The notes under the pieces are model-generated. The model was not told where the DNA came from and searched no databases. It saw only the letters and a program-made list of their open reading frames with translations. DNA of 64,000 nucleotides, taken from assembly GCA_963749155.1 (NCBI GenBank), contig CAVVLO010000002.1:736001-800000 (forward strand), written 5' to 3'. This document shows positions 33,042 to 43,793 of this stretch, in pieces. The stretch's first letter is position 1. Each line of letters begins with the position of its first letter. This stretch comes from an uncultured Armatimonadia bacterium (GTDB taxonomy: Bacteria; Armatimonadota; Zipacnadia; CAVVLO01). Position numbers and translations under genes: made by a program.

Positions 33042-35943
33042 ATGACGCTCCGACTGCTCGCTTGTCTGTTCTCACTGCTGCTTTGGGCCTCGCTAGTCCT
33101 CGCCGACAGCTCACCCGATCAAGGCAATGTCGTCTGGACAAATCCAAGCGCCAATTCAGCCGGTTCGATGCCCTTGGTAATGGCGTCATCGGGTTAAATG
33201 TCTGGGTCGAAGGGGGCGGCGATCTGCTGTGCTACCTCGCTCGACCTGACGCGCTGGAATGCTTACAACCGGCTGATGAAACTTGGTCGGCTGCGAATCC
33301 ACCTCGAGCCCAACCCCTTCGCCGCCGGAGCGCGCCTTCAAACAGGAACTGAAGCTCTCTGAGGGAGTTATCAATATCACCGCAGGCAGAGTTGGTAGCC
33401 AGGTACGCCTCAGGCTGTGGGTAGATGCGAATCATCCTGTCGTGTGGCTGGAGGCCGATTCAGACAAGCCGATAAAGCTGACTGCCACGATAGAAGAATG
33501 GCGCATCGAGCGCGAGATAACGAATGGGACCGAGGCGTAGTAGCTCCTGGTATTGCGCCGGTACTGTGCCGATTTTCGAGCATCCTGTCACGGTGGTAGA
33601 GCGCTTCCCCGATGCGGCTGTCTGGTACGACCGCAACGAGACCTCGAACCTGGCAACTCGGACTGCGTCAGCAGGGGTTACAAGGATTGATTGAGAAGGA
33701 GCAGGACCCCCTTCTTCACCGAACTTTTGGCGGCTGGCTGGAGGGCACTGGGCTCACGCGCACCAGGCCACTTACGCTGACTTCCAAAACACCTCAAAGC
33801 CAGTTCCTGCTTAGGCTGACTACCCACCAGGCGCAGACTCCAACCAGCGGCGCCTGGGTGCAGCAACTGGCCTCTTTGGCCGAAGAGACACGCTACCTGG
33901 AGGTGCGGCAGGCCTGGGAAGCCCACCGGGCCTGGTGGCAGGCCTTTTGGGAGCGCAGTTTCATCCACATCACAAGCATCTCGACGGACTGGCAGGCGAA
34001 GGCATCAGCGCCTACGGTACCGACAGAGCTGCCCCTGCGCTTCGGCGCCGACCAGTATGGAGGCAATCTGCTGCGCGGGATGCTCTCGGATGTGCGCCTC
34101 TACAATCGGGCTCTCTCCCCTGAAGAATTTACCACTCACGCCAAGGGAGAATATCTCGCCTCAGAAGCCGGCCTGGTGGCTCATTGGCCGTTGTCGGAGC
34201 TTTCGGCTGGTGCAAGTCCGAGGCAACCGGCCTGGGCTTCAGGGCGCTCGCCCAGGGCGAGGTTACGCCAGTTTCCGTCGCTGGCCGCAAGGGCCTGAAA
34301 CTCGCTGGGGGCTTCCTCGAAGTTGCGGATGCCGACACGCTGGACCTGTCCCAGGCGGGCACTGCCGAGTGCTGGGTTGCGCCCGATGCCTTTGATCCAG
34401 CAGGCTCTCGGCTTTTGGACAAGTGTACTACTGGCGGAAAGGCTGGCTGGATGCTCGATACCTATCCCGCTGACTCGCTCCGGCTCATCCTCGACAGCGG
34501 CACGCTCGACCTTCCCCGCCAGGCTTCCCCTTGGTCAGATGGAGCCATGTCGCCGCTGTCTGGGGACCCGGCGTTAGTGCGCTTTACGTCAACGGAACGC
34601 GCGTGGCAGGCAACGCGCCAGGCCAGGAGGAGGCCTCTAGTCTGCTTACGCGCGGTTATACCTTGCAGCGCTACATCGCGGCTGCCAGTAGCAGAGGAGA
34701 GCTACCGCCCAAATTCAACGGGTCACTGTTCACCTTCGATGCGAAGTATATCGACCCCGGTCTCGACTTCAACCCGGACTGGCGGCGATGGGCGGGTGGC
34801 GATTACTGGCACCAGAACACTCGGCTCATCTACTGGCCGATGTTGGTCTCTGGCGATGCGGACCTGATGCGACCTTCTTCTCGATGTATGAGAAAGCCTT
34901 GCCGCTGGCGATGTACCGCAACCAGGTCTGGTTCGGCTGCGAGGGCGCCTTCTTCCCAGAGACGATGGCCTTCTGGGGCGTCTTTGGGATGAACGATTAT
35001 GGCATCAACCGGGGTGACCTGCCACTCTTGGTTTGCAACCAATCCCTGTATCAACCTGCACTGGCAGGGCAACCTCGAGAACGCCCTGATGCTGCTCGAT
35101 CTACTGGGATTTCACGCAGGATAGGATCTTCTTCAAGCAGACCGCCGCACCGTTGCTGACCGCATGTCTGCTTCATTATGAGCAGCGGTTCGGGCGCGAT
35201 GCCGCCGGCAAGCTGCGCATCGAGCCGGCTTCGGCGCTCGAAACACGTCTCGACTGCGTGAATCCCCTGCCCGATGTGGCCGGACTACATGCAGTCGTGC
35301 CACGGATACTTGCACTGCCAAAATCCCTTGCCCCGCCAGAACTCCAGGCCGTAGCAGAACGACTGCTGCCCCTCCTGCCAGAAATTCCAGTGAAGCAAGC
35401 CGGAGACCAGTCTGTTTTCGAGCCGGCCGAGGAATATGGCAGCGCCTGAACAATGTCGAGAACCCTGAACTCTACGCCATATTCCCCTATCGGCTTTGTA
35501 CCTTTGCGACCGCAGACAGGCAGGTGGGCATCACAAGTTTCAAGCAGCGGAGGAACCAGGACAATATGGGCTGGCATCAGAGCGGCGAACAGGCGGCCTT
35601 GCTGGGCCTGGCGGACGAGGCAGGCAGCATCGCGCTGGCTTATGCGGGTCGCAAGAACGAGGCAAGTCGCTTCCCCGCTTTCTGGGGGCCAAACTACGAC
35701 TGGGTGCCCGACCAGGACCACGGCAGCAACCTGATGCTGACGCTGCAACATATGCTACTGCAGTATGAGGGCAGGAAAATCTACCTGCTGCCCGCGTGGC
35801 CCGAGGGGTGGGATGTAGAGTTTCGCCTGCATGCGCCTTTCGACACCACAGTCGAAGGGAAGGTCGAGGCCGGCAAGCTAACAGACCTGAAAGTGACGCC
35901 AGAGGCACGCCGGAGTGACTTAATCGTCTGTGGAGAGCACTAG
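33042..35943 (+). CDS. GH95-like/DUF5703 secreted protein with LamG insert, multiply frameshifted
   Basis: Signal peptide; SMPLGNG..GLNVWVE, WVDANHPV, HRAWWQAFWERSFI, YTLQRY, PKFNGSLFT, YWHQNTRLIYW, ENPELY.IFP, NYDWVPDQDHG, LLPAWP..WDV.F.LHAP. Confidence 0.7.
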
Positions 35944-38162
35944 CCCGAGTGCCTGTAGCGCTGGACGATCTCTTCCTGGTTGGCTCTCTCGAGCAGGACG
36001 AAACGTGCCGAGAAGCCTCCCACGCGGACGATGAGCTCCGGATGGCGCTCCGGATGGTCGAGGGCTTCTTCCAGGTCGGCCACGCTGGTTGTGTTGCCCT
36101 GCAGGATCATCCCGCCCCCCTCGAGGAAGCGCTTGAGGACGGTCTTCATACGCTCGGGCGTGGCCCAGGCAGGATCGACGTCCCACATCGTGGTCGCACC
36201 GCCCGCAACGCAATCGAAATCGAGCGAGCAACACGAGTTGAGGGCCGCGGTCAGCCCCTCTGTCATTCCCCGCCGCTGGGGAGTCATCCCATGCCCGATA
36301 GTCTCTCCCGCCAGGGAGCCATCCGGCCGCGCGCCGAGTTCCGCGCTCGCCCAGGGCGTCCAGACGAAGTTGAAAAGCATCGGCTTCAGCAACCCGCCGA
36401 ACCGCGTCTTCGTCGCCGTTGCCGCCTCGCAGACCGTGTGAAGTACCCGGTCGCACAGCGCGTCGGTGACGGGGTCTTCCTTCCCGTATTTGGGCAGCCT
36501 GAGTAGACGCGCGCGCAGTGCCCTGTGGCCCTCGAAATTGGCCCGAAGCGCTGCAAGCAGCTCCTCCGCCGTGGCGAAGCCTTCCTCGAAAAGGGCCGTC
36601 TTCAGCCCCGCCAGCGCATCCGCCACCGTAGCGATACCAAGCGGCGCGAAGCCATAATCATGGTACCGGGCGCCGCCCTCTTGCTGCTCGAGTCCGCGCT
36701 CGAGGCAGTCGTCCACCAGGCTGGAAAGCAGATAACAAGGGCGATAGCGCGCAGCGAGTTTGGTGTGGATATCCAGTGCCATGCCCATCTGGGCCAGGTC
36801 GCCCTGTACCACTTGCCCGAAGGCCGCATACAGCTCCTCGAAGCTTGCATACCCCGTCAAGTCGTGGGGCAGGTCCAGCCGGCGCTCGCCAGAGAGCAGG
36901 TCCACGCCGCCGGTAAGCACCAGTTCGAGGCGCTTGGCGACGTTATAGACGCGAGTAAAGTTGAAATCGCTGGCACGCCCCTGCACACTTATCTCCATAC
37001 ACCCGCCGGCCATATAATCCACTGCGTCAGAACGCGGCACACCGGAGGTTTCAATGGCCGCAAGGCAAGCGCGGTCGCTGTAGAGCTGCGCGCGGTTCTC
37101 GCCCTCCAGCAGATAGCGCACTGAGAGGTCCAAAAAGGCTTCGTCCTCTGTCTCCGGGAGCCTTACATAGACCGAGGGATGGGTCTGACGCAGCCCAATT
37201 ATTGATTCAATTATCAGGTGAGAGAGGGGATTCACCGCTGAGGCGCCCTCGGCATCGGTGCCTCCGACAGTGACGGCCTCCACCCAGCCATCACCAGGCT
37301 GCAGGCGCTCGTGGAAGCGCACCAAAACCTCGTCCACCAGGTCACGGGCTTCTTGCCAGGTGATTCGTCCCGCCTTCAAGTCAGCCTCAAGGTACGGCCA
37401 CAGCAACTGGTCTATCCTGCCCGGCCCATTGCCGCCATAGGGGTTCTCAAACATCACGGCCAGATGCTGAAAATGGAAACACTGCAGTGCTTCGTGGAAG
37501 GTCCGGGCAGGAGAGCGAGGCACTCGCTCACAGACGGCGATGAGCTCCTCCAGCCGCTTCCTCTCGGAACCGGAAGCCTGGCTTGCCGCCTCTCGCAGAG
37601 CTGCGACATGAGCCTCGTTCCAGCGAAGCACGGCTTTCCACAGTAGCAAGGCGCCTTTATAGAGTCGCTTCGCCTGCCTGGTCCTGGCCCCGGCGAGTAG
37701 TTCCCTCAGCCGGACTATCAGTCCTTCGATCCCTTCTTCGAGCAGTATCTCCCAGCGCCAGCCAATGTGGCCAAAGGCTCCTGGACCGGCAATGACAGGA
37801 TCCGTCCCCGCTGGCAAACGCTCCACTGTCATATGATAAGTGTCATACCGAGCCAGTTCGGCATCGGTCTCGGGTGAAAGACCAGGCTGGGGAGATATCT
37901 GGTAAAGCATCCCGACAAGCTGTTCATCAGGAAAAAGGTAGACCGGCTCCTGCTCGAGAGCGAAAGCAAGCGCCCTGGCATAGCGCTCCCAATAAGGCCG
38001 TCGCGCAAAACGACCGCAGAAGGCCTCGGCGAAGTGTTTCCTGCGCGGGCTTGCAGGAGGAGTAGCGCCACGCTCGCGACTGGCGGTCACAAAGCGCTTC
38101 AATCGAGCCGTTAACTCGGTGGGTTCGAGCAACTGCTGAGGTGTCTTTGCGGTAATGCTCAT
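35940..38162 (-). CDS. Glycyl radical enzyme (PFL-like superfamily, unknown substrate)
   Basis: GRIDQLLWPY, TVGG, GGCMEI Cys loop, PKYG, C-terminal LIVRVGGFSARF glycyl-radical motif. Confidence 0.88.
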   Translation of the reverse strand: MSITAKTPQQLLEPTELTARLKRFVTASRERGATPPASPRRKHFAEAFCGRFARRPYWERYARALAFALEQEPVYLFPDEQLVGMLYQISPQPGLSPETDAELARYDTYHMTVERLPAGTDPVIAGPGAFGHIGWRWEILLEEGIEGLIVRLRELLAGARTRQAKRLYKGALLLWKAVLRWNEAHVAALREAASQASGSERKRLEELIAVCERVPRSPARTFHEALQCFHFQHLAVMFENPYGGNGPGRIDQLLWPYLEADLKAGRITWQEARDLVDEVLVRFHERLQPGDGWVEAVTVGGTDAEGASAVNPLSHLIIESIIGLRQTHPSVYVRLPETEDEAFLDLSVRYLLEGENRAQLYSDRACLAAIETSGVPRSDAVDYMAGGCMEISVQGRASDFNFTRVYNVAKRLELVLTGGVDLLSGERRLDLPHDLTGYASFEELYAAFGQVVQGDLAQMGMALDIHTKLAARYRPCYLLSSLVDDCLERGLEQQEGGARYHDYGFAPLGIATVADALAGLKTALFEEGFATAEELLAALRANFEGHRALRARLLRLPKYGKEDPVTDALCDRVLHTVCEAATATKTRFGGLLKPMLFNFVWTPWASAELGARPDGSLAGETIGHGMTPQRRGMTEGLTAALNSCCSLDFDCVAGGATTMWDVDPAWATPERMKTVLKRFLEGGGMILQGNTTSVADLEEALDHPERHPELIVRVGGFSARFVLLERANQEEIVQRYRHSG

Positions 38163-38322
38163 TGGCCAAATCTCCCAGCTTGTCCTTGTCCGGTAATTCC
38201 CCACTGGTATTCTATCAGAGCGGTTGTAAACCTTTTGTTGCGCCTGGCTTCGTAGTCCCGGAGAGTTGGTAATATCACCTCAGAGCGATAAGAACTTACT
38301 GCTCCTAATCTTGTGATAGAAG

Positions 38323-38562
38323 GTGGGACAAATGGGCTTCGCAGCACCCGCAATCGCACTCCTCCTCATAGTAATCGGGTACGCGTCGGGCTCGAGTCTG
38401 CTCTTCGGAGCGCTTCGTCCGCTGATTGGCACTGCCTGTGAGTGGGTCGGTCTCCAGATGACGTCCACGATGGTTGATATCACTGCGATCGCAATATTCG
38501 GTTGCATCGCCTTGTCGCTTGTTGTGACGCTCTGGCGTCGCTCTGTCCCATCCTATCTTTAG
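38323..38562 (+). CDS. Small 2-TM hypothetical membrane protein
   Basis: Two hydrophobic segments in an otherwise empty intergenic gap. Confidence 0.4.
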   Translation: MGQMGFAAPAIALLLIVIGYASGSSLLFGALRPLIGTACEWVGLQMTSTMVDITAIAIFGCIALSLVVTLWRRSVPSYL

Positions 38563-38706
38563 GGGGTACGTCCAGTCCCATCCAGGCCCTGTCCGGCTTG
38601 CCGGGCAGGGCTTTGGCTTGCTGCGGGGAAAGTCATATGCATAAAAGAAGCATTAGAAGTTATAAGCAGTTTCGCACATCACTCTTGCTAATATAGGTGA
38701 GTCTGA

Positions 38707-39519
38707 GTGGCAACTCCCAAAATAGAAGCACTAGCTTTGAGAGCTTTACCAAAGCTTGTGTTTCTTGCCCAGTCACGCAACACAACAACTTATGGTGAAC
38801 TGGCTTCCGAGCTTGGTACCCATCACCGAGTCATAAACCATGTGCTCGGATGTATCAGAGACGATATTTGCATGCCTCGCAAGTTGCCAATTCTAAACGT
38901 TCTGGTGGTAAATAAAATGACCAGATTACCTGGCGCAAGTTTCCTGCCGGGAGGCGGTAAAACTGGAAGGAGATACTGCTCTCAGAGAGTTCGAACGATT
39001 GCGAGATGAAGCTTTCACATATTCAGAATGGGACACATTACTCAATGAACTAGGTCTCACACAGGAGCCGTTATCGTCAGAGCAAGCTACAGAACTCGGC
39101 CAAGCTTACCTTGCATGGGAGAAGAAGCAGAGTGGTGGAGGAGAAGGCGAGGATCATCGGCAATTGAAGAACTATCTTGCCGAGAACCCGGCTGATCTTG
39201 GGTCATAGATCCATGTGCCTGTCCTCAGGTGGAGCGCCAATTCCTCTCCGGCGACGTCTGCGACCTGGTTTTCGTCACACCTGAGGAAGCAGTGGTTGTA
39301 GAGGTGAAGAAGGGCCAGACTGGTGAGCTAGTGAAGGGTGTCCACCAAGGAATTAAATATCGTGCCCTACTGGAGGCCGAGCTTAGCCAAAAGGATTATG
39401 TGCCTATTCGTGTTGTGCTGGCAGCCTACACGATGCCTTTCGAAATAGTCGATTACGCTCATAGGTTTGATATTCAAAGCCTTTGTGTAGAGCGTAGTTC
39501 AATGAAACTGCATGACTAG
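38707..39519 (+). CDS. Winged-helix plus PD-(D/E)xK nuclease-like protein, split by two frameshifts
   Basis: TTTYGELA...LPILNVLVVNK..LPG.SF N-domain; GGEGEDH..LK.Y, SGD..DLVF, VEVK, G..Q..KY nuclease motifs; AT-richer than flanks. Confidence 0.6.
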
Positions 39520-39532
39520 CTTCTCAAACCAG

Positions 39533-39566
39533 CGAGCCGCCGACCTTGGTGCCGGCGGCTCGTTTG
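39533..39566. terminator. Hairpin between convergent genes
   Basis: CGAGCCGCCG/CGGCGGCTCG 10-bp stem followed by TTTG. Confidence 0.7.
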
Positions 39567-39589
39567 TGTATCTCGATGTATGCAAGACA

Positions 39590-40936
39590 TTATTCCATAA
39601 GCTGCCTGGTTGCGCCTCGATAATCGGCTTTCAGGTTGCCCTCGGCGTCATACTCGGAAGCCGCGTGACGGAAGGCCATCACATCAGCCAGTGGATACCG
39701 GCAGCACCAGCCTTCCTTCCCACTGCCTTCCTCTGAGCGAACCGGGAAACCGAGGAACGCCAGCAGCAGGTTCAGTGGATCCATCTTTACCGCGCCCGCG
39801 ATCGCATCGCTCCGGTTGAGGAAGATGCGCATCCAGGTTTTGTTGTACTCATATACCGGATCGCCGATCTCGTTGCCGCGCGCCGAAGCTACGGAGCTAT
39901 CCTCAAGGTCTATCAGCTCCCAGGCCGACAGGTTGCCAGAGCGCCCCTCCAGCACGAACCCATACACACCATCCTGGTACATATGGAACAGGTTGTAATC
40001 CAGCTTGACCTGGTCGTTCACAAGGCCATTCTTTGGCACTCCGCGCGCGTCCAGACGCTTCTCATAGAATTGGTTGTTGACCCCGTTGAAGTCGCCCCAG
40101 GCGAAAATATTATGGTGGATGTCACAGTTGGTATAGGGGTGAACTCGGACGCCCGACCCGCCTGCCGTCGTCTTCCAGGCGAAAACGAAGGTATTGTGGT
40201 GGATGGAGAAGTCGCACCGGTTCTGCTTGTTGTCGGTCTTGCATACGGCGTCGAGTTGGTGATGGACTCCATTCACGAACACGTTGTTGTAAACCTCGAA
40301 CTTAGACCCAGGCCGGCCCGAAAGGATAGCCCCCGGCGCAACGCCTGGATTGAGGAAGGTGCAGTTGCGCACGATGCCGGTTGCGCCAGAGGCGATCTCC
40401 AACATCAGCAGTGTATCGTTGGGTGTCTGGTCGGTGCGCAGTGTTGGGTTCTCGGGGTCCTCGAAGTACTTATTACGAGGCCCGCCATCGAAGACCAGTC
40501 CGTCGATTGTAATGCCTCCAAGCCCGAAAGCGCTATCACCCGACTCGTCCTTGATGCCCTGGAACTCAGCCTCGGGCCAGCGCTCTGATTTGTTGGATTC
40601 GGAGTCATCCCAGGCCAGCAGTGAGATGGTCCCGAAGGGATCGCGCGCGGTGAACTCTTCGTTATAGCCCCCCACAAAGGTGAGGTTATTCTTCTCGATG
40701 ACCCAGTGCCCGCACTTGGCCAGGCCAGGATAATGACCTGCGGCGATGCGGATGGTATCGCCGGGCTGAGTCTGTTTCACAGCCTCTTCGATGGCTTTGT
40801 AGGGGTTGGCGATGCTGCCATCGCCTGACTTGTTCGAGCCCCGACTGACCGAAACATACCAGTCAGCAGCAAATAATTGGGTTACCAGTAGCAAAAGCAA
40901 GAGCAACACGAGTGGCGAAGTGAGTCGAAGCTTCAT
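39590..40936 (-). CDS. Secreted right-handed beta-helix protein (DUF1565-like N-terminus)
   Basis: Signal peptide; WYVS..GSN..GDGSIANPYKAI..A..PGDTIRIAAG.Y; repeated NxF/NNxF coils. Confidence 0.75.
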   Translation of the reverse strand: MKLRLTSPLVLLLLLLLVTQLFAADWYVSVSRGSNKSGDGSIANPYKAIEEAVKQTQPGDTIRIAAGHYPGLAKCGHWVIEKNNLTFVGGYNEEFTARDPFGTISLLAWDDSESNKSERWPEAEFQGIKDESGDSAFGLGGITIDGLVFDGGPRNKYFEDPENPTLRTDQTPNDTLLMLEIASGATGIVRNCTFLNPGVAPGAILSGRPGSKFEVYNNVFVNGVHHQLDAVCKTDNKQNRCDFSIHHNTFVFAWKTTAGGSGVRVHPYTNCDIHHNIFAWGDFNGVNNQFYEKRLDARGVPKNGLVNDQVKLDYNLFHMYQDGVYGFVLEGRSGNLSAWELIDLEDSSVASARGNEIGDPVYEYNKTWMRIFLNRSDAIAGAVKMDPLNLLLAFLGFPVRSEEGSGKEGWCCRYPLADVMAFRHAASEYDAEGNLKADYRGATRQLME

Positions 40937-41024
40937 AATAATCCTCCCCTGCGCGCCTTCGAAAGACGCCTTCTTGAGCACCTGAATCTTAATTCGGAAG
41001 CGAGTATTCGCTCTCCTGCTTTAC

Positions 41025-42661
41025 CTAAAGGCCAAAAACCGGTTCTAGCCAGATTTCTTTCAGATTCATAACAGCAAAATTGGCCAGATTGGTGGGCTTA
41101 AGAGTCAGGTGGAGAGTGCCCGCCAGCAGGTTTACCTCGCCAAGGGGCAGCTCCACATACTTATACCAGTCGCCAGTTGCGGGTACTGTGCCAGCAAGGC
41201 TCTGGCCACCCACTTTTATCTCGAAGGTCGAACCTGCCTCTGCATCTGGCGCGCCCGCAAGGACGGTCACCTTATAACGGCCCTCAAGCTGCACCAGCAT
41301 TTCCCACTCAGGATAGTCAGCCGGATCCACCCAAAAACCCAGGTCGCCCTTATCAGCCTGATAACGCAACTTGCCGCCCCGGATAGTCGCCTGATTTGCC
41401 GTCAGGTGAAATACTCCTTGCTCATCCGCGCGAAGGGAGTTATCTACCACGGGCGCGCCGGCCAGTTCGACTACCACTACCGTGTCAATCAGGTCAGGCG
41501 CAATCTCCGGCAGCACCAGTTGCTGAAGGCCAGGCAGACCTTCAACCACTACCGGCAGACCGCTTCTCAGTAACCAGGCTTTCTTCACTGGGGTCAGTAA
41601 CCGTGATCAGCTCGATCCGGCCCGTCTGCCGGCCAATCGAAGAGATGCAGATAAAGCGTCTTGCCTCTGCTCGTGCAACCTGCGACCCCCGCCGGTGGAG
41701 GAATCAGGGGGGTTGGGCCTGTGCCGTAAACTGACTTGCCATTTTGTGCCAGCCAGGCGCCCATCTGACGCAGCCTTGTGCGCTGTGGCAGGGGTATCTC
41801 CCCCGTCGGCAGCGGCCCTACATTCAAAAGGTAATTGCCGCCCTTGCTAACGATATCTACCAATTTCTGCGTGAGCTCGGTCGCGGATTTGTAACCAAGG
41901 TCGTAAGAGTTATGCCCCCAACTGCCGTTTATGGTCATGCAAGTCTCCCAGGGGCGCTCGGATTTCGCTACCGACCAGTCGGGGATAGTCTGCTCGGGCG
42001 TGCCGAAATCAGCGGGGAGATTGCTGCGGTCGTTGATTACGATGCCCGGCTGGAGCTCTCGCAGCATCGCAAGCACCTCTTCAGAGTGGATCTCCTCAGG
42101 TGTATGCTCCCAGCCTCCATCGAACCACAATACATCCAGTCTGCCATACCGGGTGCAAAGCTCTCTGAGCTGGGGAATCATATATTCACGCACATACCGG
42201 TCGAAGTCGCTCTTGTAGAGCGGATGATGCCAGTCGAGGATGGAATAATAGACGCCAAATTTGAGCCCCTGCCGCCGGCATGCCTCGTTTAGTTCCTTTA
42301 CAAAGTCGCGCCCGCAATATTTGCCCGCGTCATAGTCGGTGAACTCGCTGTCGAACATACAGAAGCCATCATGATGCTTGCTGGTCAGCACGACATATTT
42401 CTGACCCGCGGCTTTGGCCAGACTGGCCCATTCATCGGCGTTGAACTTGTCCGGATGGAAGCGTGGCGCCAGGCGCTCGTATGTCTCGACAGGGATCTGC
42501 TCCACATGCATCGCCCATTCACCATGGCCGAGTACCGAGTAGATGCCCCAATGGATAAACATCCCAAACCGGGCGTCCTGCCACCAGTCCAGATGAGAGT
42601 CCGCGGCAAGGCCAGGCAGGCAGAGAGCGAACAGAAGGCTGAGAAGGAGCAAAGCGCGCAT
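41025..42661 (-). CDS. Alpha-L-fucosidase (GH29) with C-terminal carbohydrate-binding module, frameshift near 41590-41620
   Basis: WWQDARFGMFIHWGIYS, TSKHHDGF, LWFDG, PWETCMT, GNYLLNVGP; CBM35/CBM6-like tail in ORF 41025-41588. Confidence 0.92.
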
Positions 42662-42754
42662 TGGAGCCACCTCCAGTTTTGGGTGGGACAATTGCAGGAT
42701 TGGCGGTGTTCGAGCGAAATCCTGCCCTAAGTGCGAGTCAGGAGAGTGAGCAGG

Positions 42755-43793
42755 ATGCCAAGAAGCCTGATGGCGGTTGCGCCAGGTCAGTTTGAATTTG
42801 TCGAATATGAAGAGCTGCCTCTTGCTCCCGACCAGGTGAGGGTGGTATCGGAGTTCGCCGCAGCCAAGCATGGGACCGAGCTTGCTATCGCAAGCGGCAA
42901 GAGCCCTTATGCGAATCGGCGCTATGATCCACAGCAAGGGCTGTTCCTCCCGATGCCTGAAGGCCAGGCCGCCATCGGCTTCCCCTTCCAGGTGGGGAAT
43001 ATGACTCTTGGGCGCGTTGCCGAAGCTGGCTCAGCGGTAACCAGATTGCGTGTGGGCGACCGCGTGATGGGTCATCTGGGCTTCCGCGAGACTCATACTG
43101 TCTCCGAAAACTGGCTGGAAAACGCGCCGGCGGATCTCTCCTGGCAGCAGGCTTTCTGCTCCGATCCGGCGGATGTCGCCCTGGCCACAGTGAGAGACGC
43201 CGACATCCGCATCGGCGATACCGTAGCGATCTTCGGCCTCGGCGCTATTGGACTGTTTGCTGTGCAGATCGCCCGGCTGTCTGGGGCGCGCTGGATTGCC
43301 GCGGTGGATCCCCTGGCCAACCGGCGAGCGCTGGCTGAAGCAGTTCGGCGCGAATCTCACACTGGATCCCACCGCTTGTGATGTCTCGATGGAGGTGCGA
43401 AGGCGCCTGCCCAGGCCAGGCGTTGACCGCAGTATCGAGGCCAGCGCGAGCCACGCCGCGCTGCACGAGGCTATCCGGGTGCTGGGGATGCGCGGCAGGT
43501 GCTGCGCGGTTGGCTTCTACCAGGGTGAGGCGTGCGGCCTGCGCCTCGGGGAAGAGGCCCATACCAACGCGGTGGACTTGCATTTCTCGCGCTCGGATAC
43601 CATCCCGCCTCGCGACTGGCCGCTCTGGGACAGGGCTCGCCTGCTGGAGGCCACCTTCGAACTGCTGGAATCCGGCGCGCTCGACTGTGAAGGCGTCATC
43701 GACCCAATAGTGCCCTTCGAGGAAGCAGCAGATGCTTACCGCTTCATCGCCGCGCACCCGGAGGCCTGCATAAAACTGGGAGTAACTTTCTAG
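42755..43793 (+). CDS. Zn-binding/MDR-family dehydrogenase (frameshift near 43340)
   Basis: KHGTE, GRV.E.GSAV, GD.VAIFGLGAIG Rossmann motif, IEAS, IKLGV.F. Confidence 0.8.

Noticed and set aside
33530..33545. Tandem TAG TAG in the GH95-like gene as stop-codon recoding or pyrrolysine
   Set aside because: A one-base shift restores a sensible frame (ERSSSWYC...), and TAG ends normal genes elsewhere in the window.
32915..39519. Genomic island integrated at tRNA-Ala
   Set aside because: No integrase and no duplicated tRNA 3' end were found in the window.
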